In this document: piece after piece, positions 50,601-61,427 of the stretch
How positions within the stretch are numbered: the stretch's first letter is position 1
How the letters are laid out: every line of letters starts with the position of its first letter
The notes under the pieces: generated by a model
Told to the model about the DNA's origin: nothing
The model's database searches: none
The model's input: only the letters and a program-made list of their open reading frames with translations
DNA from: Balanoglossus misakiensis
Taxonomy: Eukaryota > Animalia > Hemichordata
Reading direction: 5' to 3'
NCBI GenBank assembly: GCA_040954595.2
Contig: CM082596.2
Span: 8,014,468-8,078,467 of the forward strand
Length of the DNA stretch: 64,000 nucleotides
Program-made: the position numbers and the translations under genes

Positions 50601-53600
50601 AAAACCTTCACATCTGGTGAGTGTAACTGTATTGTTTGAATACACGTAGCTGTGTGAGTAGTGAGTCTTACTTTTTTTTCTTGTAAAACTTTCCTTCTTC
50701 GGAAAAACCTGGTCACAAACCAAACAGGCAAATTTACTTCGCAGCAAGGAATCTGAGACTAAATGACAACCAACTCTAACATACCTTTACAAGAGACGGA
50801 GCAGGATCTGTTGTGTGGATCAATGAATGATCTATGTGAGTGTCATCTGCAAATCCACTGCTGTCCGAGTGAGAACTTCCCATCCGCATCAATGTACCTA
50901 TAACAGTCAACAGTCAATATTTGGGACAATCAATGAAACATGGTGGTTATTTTCAAGGCCAAATTTAGTATTTCCCGACAATTTTCTGTAATTAACATTT
51001 CTTGCTGGAATTTGTGTCAAATTAGCTCCACTCCACAAGCACACAAAAATGTGCACATTTTTTTAGCTACATGAATCCAAACATAACTGATACATGTCAG
51101 ACTTGAAAAAGATGAATTCTGATCAAATGGTAGCACTGTGTCTTTGGTGCTATTTTTTTTTTCAGTTGCACAGATTTGTGTATATAGCTGAAAAATAGGA
51201 AAATGAAACCAGACCAGATGTCAGAAGTCTGATTGCAATGAATGTAAACATATACAATGTACCAGCATTTTGTTCCTAAACATAACAGATGTTGGTTTTT
51301 TTCAGTGTCTTGCCCACAAGCTAAGATCAACTGCTTTCACAAATGGCCTTATCGAGTCGACAGCAAAGTGCATTTTGGTCAAGAAAAATTTAATCTACTG
51401 TTTTTGCACCAAATCTGGGTTCCATATCAAAAATATTTTTTTAAATGAAACAGGTATTTTGAAGTGTCAACAATTTCAAAACATCCATTTTAATTTTTAA
51501 ATCATTCCCAAAGCACAAACTATCTTTAATGGAATAGTCGATACAAATGTCACCATCTGTCAGATTTTTGTTTTTCAAGTGACCTTATTTTGTAAATCAC
51601 AAGTGCACGCTCACTAAGTAAAAATCTGTACATCTTTCACATAAATTCTTCAAATACTTGGTACTTTGATGAAATTTGCTAATGCTACATTGAAAAAATT
51701 CTAATATACCCAGTCACAGATTTTCAGTGGGTCATTCGAACACTTAGACATGCACTCTTGACCATATATAGGCATATGTAAATTATTGGTCAGATCTCTC
51801 TGGGCTAAAATAAACATTGAAAATTCAAAAGCAAATTGGAAAATACATAGGAGACCTACTGTGACTACTGTTCCGATGGCTTCCATTGCTTGCACCAGCA
51901 GCACTTTGAAGTGGGAATTCTTCAACGTTGTGATCAGTACTGGATATCTGCACAATATCAGCAATATCATGAAATATTAATTAACCCTTTCACCCCCAGT
52001 TCCATCTATATAGGTCCAATTTTACCATAGAAAACAATGGGCTTGGACCAAACCATGGTGATGAAATGTTTGATACGAGACACCGTTTATGTTAATCTAC
52101 ATGACGATACACAGTGAATCAATGTTCAACCACACACAACTTCCATCCTGTTTCTAGGATATGAAGGTTAAAATCTCGCCAAAATGAATAACTGGTCAAC
52201 ACCGACTATTCATTTTGGCCAGTTTTCCACTTAAGGTGGGGTGGAAGTTGTGTGTGGTCGAACATTGATTCACTATATATCCACATGTAGAATAACATTA
52301 ACAGTGTCTTGTATCAAACATAATCAATGGGAAAAGGGCAGCAAGAGAAAGACTTTGTCCCTTTAAATTCATTGGGGCTGGAAAGATGACAGTATCTGAA
52401 GCATTGGCTGTTACAATAAGAGTGTAAAGCGTCAAAAGGGGTAACAGAATAGTTCAAAGTTATTGAAATGCAGGCAAGAAGGTTCACTGTATTACATGTA
52501 AATAAAAAAATCAAACTTTTAACATGGAAAAGAGGAAAAGTGTCTAGATGTAAAAAATAAAAGTAAACAAGTTTTTTTAAAACTTTAAGAAATGGTGTAA
52601 GCGATGATGAAATTATAAGCATTCTTAATAAATATCCATTGGCAATGATATCCACCCAACTTAAAATAAAATACTAATGATGAATTTATAGAAGCAGGCA
52701 AGCTTTTAAACCATGAACGTTGTCACACTGTTTAACTGCACAAGCATGCAATGGCCAACTAAAAAGGAAACTGTTTTTATTTTAATTTAAAATTATTGCC
52801 GTGATATTACAGTGACACGCATTGTGCTTTTTTATAACTTGATGCATGGTGACAACAATTAGGTGATTTACTTGGGTGACAAGGCATTTTATGCAGCAGG
52901 TGATATTTTATATTTTTTTATCTTTTAAATTTTACATGTACATGGGTTTACTGTACATGCAATAACAATAATATACAGACTTGCCTCTTCTATCTCAAAC
53001 GACTCTTGAGGTACCTGCAGTGGTTTCCGAAATTCACGCTTCAAAAATGATTTCTCCTCTTCACATGTCGATGACTGCGCCGGTAATTTAGTGTTCCTTA
53101 GTTTGTCTTCATTCGCAGAGACCTCGTCTTGGTTTCGTCCTTTCTCGATCCGTCTTGCATCATCATCATCCCCTGATTCCACGCCCAATGCACCTGGTTT
53201 CCCTGTTCGTCCAGGTGGTCCTCTGGACGGTGACACGTGGGCGGCGTATCGCGTCACGTTGACCTTTTGCACCTCGAACTTCTCCGAGGCTGCCTGCACG
53301 TGCTTTTGTACCTTCTCAAGCAGATCCTTGGCGTCATCCACATCAGCGTTCAGAAACGCGCCCTCCTCATCCAAAATATCGTCTACTTCATGGTCCTTAT
53401 AAGACGACCTGAGTTCACCGTGAAATCTGTCCAATTTAACCTCCTCACAGCACACACATTCACTCCCAAAAGCCAATGCACAATCAGAATGTACTCCTGG
53501 CAGCAACAGCTTTTCTGACGAAATTGGTTCCGATATTTTTTCTTGTAAATATTCTTTTTCAGTCAATGTCAGGCATGTGGGTTCATCCCGACCTTCGCTT

Positions 53601-56600
53601 CTATTGCTATCAATCCTATCTTCAAGTTCAACTGTTTTTATTGCACTGTAAATTTTATCAGATGTGGTGTCTAAGTTTTCACAGTTGGGTTTATCCTGAT
53701 AAACGTTACTAGTATCCGTTAAGAAGTCGTCTTTCGTTGATGGTTTTAAGCTAAGTTCATCTCTGTTATTCGGCTTCACAGTTTCTTCGGCAGACGAGAT
53801 GTCACCAATACCGACATCCGATCTGATCTCTCTCTCAGCTGTGCTTGTTTCAAGTTGCAACGTAGCGACAGACTGAGATTCACACACCTCTTCGTGAAAT
53901 GACTGCATCTTTTCAGGATCAGCAAATTCCAGACCCGTGTCAGGTAGAGTTTTATTTTCCAGAGTATCAACGTCTTCGAATGTGAAGACTCTGTCGTCAG
54001 AGCAGACCACCTCCATATCAGCAGTGTCATTCACACCTAAAGACATAACTTCAGTACCTTGTCTTTCAGACAAATTTGAACACACACCTCCTGTTTGTGA
54101 ATCAAGCCTTCTTGTAACGACTTCCCCTGAACTCTCGGCTGCGTTTTTAAGTACAGATGTTTCCACGGCAACAATTTCTTCCTCAGAATCGCAGATTCTA
54201 TCAGCTTGGCTGACTTGATTACCAGGCACTGCACTGTTGCCCTGTTTACTAAGTACAAGATCTTCACAGGAATGCCTCGTATCCATGGGTGAAGTTTCTG
54301 ATATGTTTGCATCAGCAGTCACAATGTCATCTTGTCCTGCGGCCTCCTTTGGACAGCTGTTCCCTTCAGTGTTCGTCGCGACGGGCTTTAGCACTTTTGC
54401 GCCTGAAACAGCAAAATCACAATCTACTGTTGCCATGGCAGCGCTGCCTGTCACATGAGCAGCAGAGACCACAGTTGCACTCTTACTGAGAGAGCTGCTC
54501 TTGGGTGAGGAGCTTGAGTCAAAGGCCTCAGTTGCCATGGTGACAAAGGCTTCAGTTTCCATGGTGACGTGAGCATCCTGAGTGTCCACAGAAACAAGAT
54601 TCTCTTGACTTTGATTCTGTTTCATCTCTTCTTTGACATCTTCTTCTGTCAACGTCCTTTCCAGCATTCCCTTTTCCTCTTCGACCTCATCAAAGTTTTC
54701 TACAAGAGCTGATTCAATCAATTTATTTCCAGACATGCTGCCATCAGTCTCAGCCAGGCCATTTCTGTCTGCAACGCACGTGACGTGACTGCCTGATAGA
54801 GAGACAGCAATTGGCTCACTGACTATGTCCTTACTTGACACTTCTTCCTTCACTGGCTTGGATGAAACCTCTGAACGTTTCTCAGGTGCCTTTCTTACGT
54901 CAATCTCTGCTCCTCTTTCTTGCTCAACCACTTTCTCTTCCAGATCACCTAGAGCCTTTGTTTCCATGGTTACATCAGTTGGTGACGATGCACCAGCGTC
55001 CTTACCGACATTACTCTTCGCCTCGTTCTTTCTTGCCTTGGAAACCAACGACTTGAATCCTGGACTCTTTGGCGAGAATAGAGAACGCACTGCAACTTTT
55101 GACTGCTTACTTACGTCCGGTGAAGTTGCTGCATTCGCGCTTTCATCTATCGTCTTCTTCTCTTCGGTTTTTGGAGTCGCTGGTTTGGCGAACATCTCTA
55201 CAAGACCCGCTTTTTTCTGTTCAGGCGACTGGGCCACGTTTCGCTTCAACATATTTATGATGCTGCTCATTGTTGCCACTTTGTTGACAACGCTTGCACC
55301 TCCCTTTCTGAAAACTCCAGTTCCTGGGAAAATGTCAAGAAATTGAGATCGGAGTGAGGACTGATCACAAACATGACGAACTTCAGGAAAGAAAGTCGCC
55401 AAGATCAGTTCCTGGATTTCTGTTAAAAACTGATTAAAAACAGCGTAACTACATGTAATGCGCAACATTTCAGTTACTTTAGGACTTCAGTGAAAATCAA
55501 CTGTCAAAGATTTTAATAATATCGTACACTAAAACTTTCTGCTGGGTTTTTCTGCTCTTGGTTATTCAAAAATCCAAGGACTTTTTCCATTGATTTTTCA
55601 GGAGTGCCTCTACATTTCATACAACACATGACTAAAAACTGGGAGAACACTATACAGTCGAACCTGTCTATAGTGGCCAGTCAAGGGACTTTCCTAAACT
55701 GGCCTTTATAGACAGGTAGCCTTTATTTAAAGGTTAATTAAAACACATGTGAATTGCACAGGGACTGTAACAAAGTGGCCACTATATAGAGGTGACCACT
55801 ATATAGGTTTGGCCACTAACAGAGGTTTGACTGTACCCCATATTATAAAAGTCCTCAAAGGAGCATGTCCTTTGGTCATGTAAACAATCTTCACATACTG
55901 CAAAACACTTTATTTTCGCGAGTTGAAATTTTCGCGATATCGAGAGCGGCCACTGTTTCGTGAGTATTAATTTTCGCGTTCTCTTATTTCATTCACTGCA
56001 TCGTTATCTTTAAAAAAAATTACGCGACTTTTTATTTTCACGCTATTTTGGCTCTCGCGTATTTCACGAAAATTTATTGCTCGCGAAAATAAAGTGTTTT
56101 ACAGTAATTTATTGACTCCTCCTCACCTTCGATTCCCAAATATCCCCCCACAGCTGCTGCTCTGTTCTCGACTTTCTGATTTTCATATTCCAGAAATTCC
56201 TTCACGTTGATTCCTTTGGCCGACGACGGACTCTGCAGGAATCTGTCAGGGATTCTGGACGTTTTCTCGGTTTCCACGACAACACCAAATCCAAGACTCA
56301 TGAGAAGCTCCTCGGGATCATTCCTGGCTTGCAGCAACTCGTCAACGCTGCGTCAGAAAAAATAAATAATTTCAAAAATTGGACTTATGACTGTCTTTAT
56401 CTGCCTTTGTTTGTAGAAGAGATCACATATTCTGTAGAAAATTCAAAACTGCTGAGGCATTTATCTAATGTAGAATGCCTGGAAAAAAACTCACCTTGAA
56501 ATCGTTGTAGCTGTTGTCATTTCAGATAAATCTGACGTCATACTGCATTGTTTCTCAGCCATTAATTGGAGCAAATTGCGTTTGTCTGATTTCTTCTCCG

Positions 56601-58452
56601 TTCCTGATGCCTGGCGTTCTGGAGAGGGGGCACAGGCATCCCCCTTTTTCAACTCTTGATTTTCTCTGACAAAAGATGAAATGAAAAAGACAGTGCAGTT
56701 GATTATAGTTAAGGTATCTGACTGATCACTCAACTCCATGTTTTGGTGATATTTAGAGTCAGAGTACAGAAATTCAAGCCACAAAGGGTTATAATTTCAG
56801 GAACTAATTTCTTGTATACTTTATGAGATTTTGTCTGTCTTCCTTTCTTAGTTCATCTCTTACTTCACTTTGACTATTTTTTGGAACTTGGGGATCTGTC
56901 AATTCTCGAGAAGTCAGCCAAATATACCACCATGACAGTAGGCATATGTAACCCATCAAAGGCATACTAAATTTTATCTCACTGTCTGCAATCATCACAT
57001 AGATGGACAAAAGGGAAGATGCACAATAAAGTATGCACAGACAGACGAATATTTACTTACTTTGGCAACTGTAGAGGCTTTGAGGTTGCACTCGCGCCAT
57101 TACTCAGAGGCTGTAAGTACAATGCTTCGGCTCCCAAAGACAGGTCGTCCTCAAAACTGCCACCCCTCATCAATTTGGCACCTACAAACAACAAACAAAA
57201 CAATCAAAAAAGTCAACATCAATATATCTTTGAGATGAGCTATTAAAATAAAGCCCAACTTTTTACTTTGTTAAGATACTGCCCTCTAGTGTTGTAATGC
57301 TGCCTGTGAGTTACAGCCTTTAGGTGGCGCTCTGCCATTTACCATGAGCACCAGTAAGCTTTTGAATAATTCACTTCCTCATCAGAGGTAAATCAAAACA
57401 AAATTACTTGTACCTTTCTTCTCCTTGTTCTCCTTTGCCATGGCAACAGGTGCAGTTGGGGATGACAAATCTGTCTGTCTGACATCACTAACGTCCATGG
57501 AAATCAACCAAGGATGGACAGCACGTTCGTCCGAAGAAGTCGTCGCAAGAGAGCTGGTCAGGTAACTGGATCCAACAGACTCTGTTTGAGAAATGAACAG
57601 GAAAAAAAATAGTTAATCTCTAGAAACAGTACTTGTAAACTTCCTTAATTTAACATATACCAGGGCTGTGGTATTGAAGGGTGTCAATACGCAATGTAGC
57701 ATGGTATACATTGTTCATGTGAAACATTTCAGGGGGACCACTGTCACTCAAGATTTAAGCGTAACTTGAATAGCTTACAATACTGCCTTTGCTACTGTTA
57801 GGGGAAGTGAACAACACGAAATTGCCAAACTTACAATGTTAATAGTTCAACTTGATATCTTGCACGTAACAAAGCTGTATAACATACAAATTCAGTGAAA
57901 CAGAATAGCAATGAACTTACCCATGCTTGGTTTTTCTTTCAACGGCTGGTGTTCCCGTTGCGGTATCGCTGCTGACATCATCTTTGCACTTGGCCCACTT
58001 TTCAACTTCGTCACCTGAGCCGAGTCGCCCAGTTCTAATTTCTGCCGTTTGGGGTCCGTCACCTCTCTCTTTTCCGGGATATCTTCCACGGGAGACAGTA
58101 TTCCCAGCTCGTCATACTTGTCCACACTGGGCAGATTGCTGACGTACTCGGCCACTCGCTTCTTCCAGGACCTCCTGCGCGTCCGCATCCCTTCGACGCG
58201 GTCGCCGCCGCCGCTGCCCGGAACACTCCCTTCCAACAGTGCGGCAATGTCATCCTTCCCCTCTGCGTCTGTTTCTACGGCAACACCATTGGTTGCCATG
58301 GCTCCTCCATCTCCTTTCTTCGAGGCAACATCATCGTTGCCCAGGGGTGTGTCACCCCCTGTATCACACTTTTTGATAGGCACGTTTTTGTTATCATTTT
58401 CATCAGTTTCAATGGCTGCAGTGTGAGGGGAACAGTTTTCAGCCATGTCCAT
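41522..58452 (-). CDS. ITPRID2: ITPR-interacting domain protein (ITPRID2/SSFA2/KRAP - TESPA1 - ITPRID1 family), 16 coding exons, about 2068 aa
   Basis: Manually spliced exons 57921-58452, 57414-57581, 57061-57181, 56495-56665, 56127-56347, 52985-55419, 51860-51947, 50785-50897, 48866-50371, 48377-48460, 47601-47728, 46518-46629, 45852-45920, 45357-45599, 44717-44794, 41522-41659 join in frame (6207 nt). Recognised family motifs: SFEDDLSLGAEA; SVDELL..DPEELLMSLGFG..SRIPDRFLQSPSSAKGINVKEFL (KRAP_IP3R_bind); ESFEIEE; HSDSSGFADD; C-terminal coiled coil (SSFA2_C-like). Probably co-orthologous to all three vertebrate paralogues. Confidence 0.88.
44717..44794 (-). CDS. ITPRID2: ITPRID-like coding exon 15
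   Basis: gtag| ... GAG|gtgagt, 78 nt, coiled-coil-like. Confidence 0.78.
45128..45335. mobile_element. CTGTAAAA-family MITE, intronic
   Basis: TA-flanked TIRs. Confidence 0.8.
45357..45599 (-). CDS. ITPRID2: ITPRID-like coding exon 14
   Basis: tttcag| ... GAG|gtatgt, 243 nt, MIDLLKEQ...SIRE. Confidence 0.82.
45852..45920 (-). CDS. ITPRID2: ITPRID-like coding exon 13
   Basis: ttttctccag| ... CAG|gtaagg, 69 nt. Confidence 0.8.
46518..46629 (-). CDS. ITPRID2: ITPRID-like coding exon 12 (SSFA2_C-like coiled coil)
   Basis: ttccag| ... AGG|gtaaga, 112 nt, DDWEGLKTLRLQIIEEIYEMERLLSSRA. Confidence 0.85.
47328..47544. mobile_element. CTGTAAAA-family MITE, intronic
   Basis: TA-flanked TIRs. Confidence 0.8.
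47601..47728 (-). CDS. ITPRID2: ITPRID-like coding exon 11
   Basis: cccag| ... AG|gtgggt, 128 nt, SAMKEVRYLQ...HLTEDE. Confidence 0.8.
48377..48460 (-). CDS. ITPRID2: ITPRID-like coding exon 10
   Basis: Polypyrimidine tract plus cccag| ... GAG|gtgtgt, 84 nt, open frame. Confidence 0.65.
48866..50371 (-). CDS. ITPRID2: ITPRID-like coding exon 9 (1506 nt, Ser/Glu/Arg-rich)
   Basis: Lies within ORF 48836-50407; ttcttcag| ... TAT|gtaagt; phase 0-0. Confidence 0.85.
50785..50897 (-). CDS. ITPRID2: ITPRID-like coding exon 8
   Basis: tag| ... AAG|gtatgt, 113 nt, encodes the conserved SSHSDSSGFADD motif. Confidence 0.85.
51860..51947 (-). CDS. ITPRID2: ITPRID-like coding exon 7
   Basis: gcag| ... 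A|gtagg, 88 nt, phase 0-1, ISSTDHNVEEF...; needed to reconcile the phases of its neighbours. Confidence 0.75.
52068..52362. mobile_element. Same Kolobok-type MITE, left-truncated, intronic
   Basis: Ends gactttgtccct|ttaa; abuts a piggyBac-type MITE. Confidence 0.7.
52985..55419 (-). CDS. ITPRID2: ITPRID-like coding exon 6, 2435-nt acidic low-complexity exon
   Basis: Lies within ORF 52925-55468; acceptor ttaacag at 55420; ends ...QESFEIEE|gcaagt (GC donor); an alternative in-frame GT donor would end the exon at 53015. Confidence 0.82.
55655..55833. mobile_element. pogo/Tigger-type MITE (related partial copy at about 45619-45765)
   Basis: ta|cagtcgaacctgtctatagtggcc ... gaggtttgactg|ta. Confidence 0.7.
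55898..56104. mobile_element. CTGTAAAA-family MITE, intronic
   Basis: TA-flanked TIRs. Confidence 0.8.
56127..56347 (-). CDS. ITPRID2: ITPRID-like coding exon 5 (KRAP IP3R-binding domain core)
   Basis: cag| ... G|gtgag, 221 nt, SVDELLQARNDPEELLMSLGFG...SRIPDRFLQSPSSAKGINVKEFLE. Confidence 0.92.
56495..56665 (-). CDS. ITPRID2: ITPRID-like coding exon 4
   Basis: cag| ... AG|gtgag, 171 nt, phase 2-2, ENQELKK...TTIS. Confidence 0.8.
57061..57181 (-). CDS. ITPRID2: ITPRID-like coding exon 3
   Basis: tag| ... |gtaagt, 121 nt, encodes the conserved GSFEDDLSLGAEA motif. Confidence 0.85.
57414..57581 (-). CDS. ITPRID2: ITPRID-like coding exon 2
   Basis: cag| ... G|gta, 168 nt, phase 1-1, open frame ESVGSSYLTSS...KEKK. 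Confidence 0.75.
57921..58452 (-). CDS. ITPRID2: ITPRID-like coding exon 1 (acceptor before 58490, so a further upstream 5'UTR exon is implied)
   Basis: ATG at 58452 in gacaagATGg context with an in-frame upstream stop; donor G|gtaagt at 57920; phase 1. Confidence 0.8.
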
Positions 58453-58464
58453 CTTGTCACCACC

Positions 58465-58482
58465 TTACAAATCACCTTTCAT
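58465..58482 (-). promoter_or_regulatory. 5-codon upstream ORF (MKGDL*) in frame with the ITPRID-like start
   Basis: gaaaccATG AAA GGT GAT TTG TAA ends 12 nt before the main ATG. Confidence 0.55.
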
Positions 58483-61427
58483 GGTTTCTTCTGAAACTGA
58501 ATGCATAAATATGAGTACCAATAAACTTGTATTCAGAGCATATGATACAGAAATATGCAGAAATACGAGCCATAATAACACAGAGAAAATCTGTGTCAGT
58601 ATCGGCTGCCAACTGTCCATCTTTTAACTCTGAACGAGAAAAATAGGAAGAGACATAACATTGGCACTTACATTATATTAACAACACACAAGCTCTGTCA
58701 ACTGTAAGATCTCTATTGTGGTGATATTCTGGAATATCTTCCATGTTGATAGTACATGTATCTGTGATGAAAAAACAAAGATTCGATGCGGTCAGTTGCC
58801 ATAAAATTAAGTTATAAAGTACTTGAAGGCTGCTTTTATTGACATGTCAGAAAATTATCCTGCAGTACGAATTTAATTAAAGATCATGTTTTGTTCACTT
58901 ATATTCAAACAGGCACCTAAGTCCTTATAAAATTCATTAATGTACTAATGTGATAAATGTGTTTCTATTATTAAGATGACCCAGAGTGTGAAAAATATAA
59001 GTTCACAACGACCTACAAACAGTAGCACTCAGTCAATATTGACTCCCTTTCAGATAACAGAAATCATGTGATACCAAGGAGACAGCCAATGAAGTCATCA
59101 GTGTTTTCAGTTTTGTGTGTGGATACTTCAAATGAACTGGCTGAAATTTCAAAACGGCTACTTGTTAGAGTTGCCAACTTTGACATTCACAAATAAATAG
59201 CGTGTGCGCCACATAACTATTCTTGTAGGTCTTGGTACAAGTCAGTACATCATTCACTATTACAAATCATTTGTATACCGGTACTTTAATACACACAGAC
59301 ATACAACACGACACAAATGATACCGCTTCCGACAACACAGAAACCTGTACAGTGGCACTCTGGTACCCATTATTATTTATAAGAGCTTTATACATGTATC
59401 ATATAAAACCTAATGCTATGACCAAAAACAAGCTATTATTACTTTCAACTTTGACCTGCATACACTATGACCATGAGCCCACACACAATTGAACAAACCG
59501 ATCTTGAACTTCATCACCCAACAAGTCACGGCTGCGCATCAATTAGGGTACCAGCAACTTACTCTACTCAATGTATAATCCCTAGTGAAACCGTCCTCAA
59601 AGTTACTTTCACCCCACTTCATTGACTTTATGAATTTGCACACAGATGTCAAACTACACAATTTACACAGTCACAATATGGCCCATCACGATCAGTGTTT
59701 ACCAGCAGTTTATATCAATATCATCTTCAAATATAAATTACAGAAAGACCACATATGCCAGTATGTACTCAGAGAGCAACACAAACTAACCACAGACTGT
59801 AAAAGGTTTTACAACCTATTCAAATTTATTTAATACCTTTTTTGCACAGGTTTAAATTTTCTATTTAAATGACTTTTTTTATCAATACAATGTCCTGTGA
59901 GGATTAATAAAGATATATTACGAACAATGACTTGATATAAAAGCAAACACATACTGCCAGTAACTTATATACATGTATGATACAGTACTTTTTTCCAAAT
60001 ACACTGTGGCCTTAAGCATACATGAAGAGTACCATGCCAGCTGCAATTCACATTATACAATGTAATTACATTACAATTCCCAGTAATAAATAACAGTACG
60101 TGGTACGATACGATATGATACAATACGATACGATATGATGTACTGTTGAGACATGTTTTTGGACTTTTTTCAATGATGCATGTTCATGTTTCTAAGGATT
60201 TATAAAGTCCTACTTTCAAATTTTCGGCAGGGATTCATTCAAGCGTGCCAAATGTTTAGACCAATCAGGCACAACTTTACGAACCACCGCAGTGGCATGT
60301 TAGTTACACTTCCGCAACCATGTAAAAACTATAATGACTTTACGAAAAAGGTTTTATGGTTAACCGTTCATTTTACGCATCTCAAATCTATACTTTGAAG
60401 ACATCTATTTCAAATACCTTGTTTCAGATGACTTCACAACGTGGCCATTAAAAGGCACAAGCATTTCAAGTTCAAAGGTAGGAAGGTGTGGTCAGGTTTT
60501 TGGAGGTCAACAAAACAAATCAACATTTTTTTGCAGTTGGGAATAGATAATACGAGTGTATCTGGTGAAGTTTTTAATCACTCCAAAAAACATCGCTCAC
60601 CTGGTCTTAAAATATTATCTAAGGATCACTTACATGAAAACAGATGCGTGTATGATTGAGAGCGACTTTCATCAAAAGTGACTACCCCTCCTTTAGGTCA
60701 CTGAAATTTTAATGAGGTTACCCCAGAGATTTGGCGGTAATAGCGCAGTCGTCAGGCTAGCACATCTGTAAATTGGAGTTTATTCACCTGTGCGCAGACC
60801 TCAAGTATGTGAGTTATGCTGTAAACAGAGGAATGTGACGTGTCAGTATAGAGAGACCTGTTTCTGTTTGTCTGCTATGCCACGCTGGTAATTCACAATG
60901 AAATGAAGATTTACAAACCCTGGCAAGATTTTCAAAACATCTGTCGATACCGTTTTGAGTCTTCCACAAATTATCACACAATTCACCTTCCTTTAAATAC
61001 TTTCAATGTTTACCAAAATGGGACGAACATATCCTTCAATATTTTGATCCATTTCACAGTCTGTGTTACGTAAACAAGAAATACCAACGTGGAAAAACAC
61101 TTGGTTTGGTAAACAAATCACATAATATTTTTTAGTCTGACATACTGCAGAAGTGTGAGTGACCTTTCACAGAGGAAATGCATTTTCGTTTCCTTATTCC
61201 CCTACTTTTTCCCTTGATTAGGAAAATTCACGTTTCATTGTCATCTCCAATTGTCCCTGGTTTTGAGGCGAGATCTGTCGCCAATGACAACAAGGGATAC
61301 AAGAGAATTGAAGCTTAATATCTAGCATCAAATTCTGTTAACAAAGTGTAAAAATCATTACTGCCAACAAACTGTATGGAAAGCTCACAGGATAAAAACA
61401 CTCTAAAACATACAAATTAAACCTGTA

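Noticed and set aside
48836-55468. The 847-aa and 523-aa ORFs as stand-alone genes
   Set aside because: Both are bounded by splice sites and join in frame into one multi-exon gene; their listed N- and C-termini are intronic read-through.
48793-58426. Numerous plus-strand ORFs overlapping the large exons
   Set aside because: Antisense shadows of the ITPRID-like coding exons.
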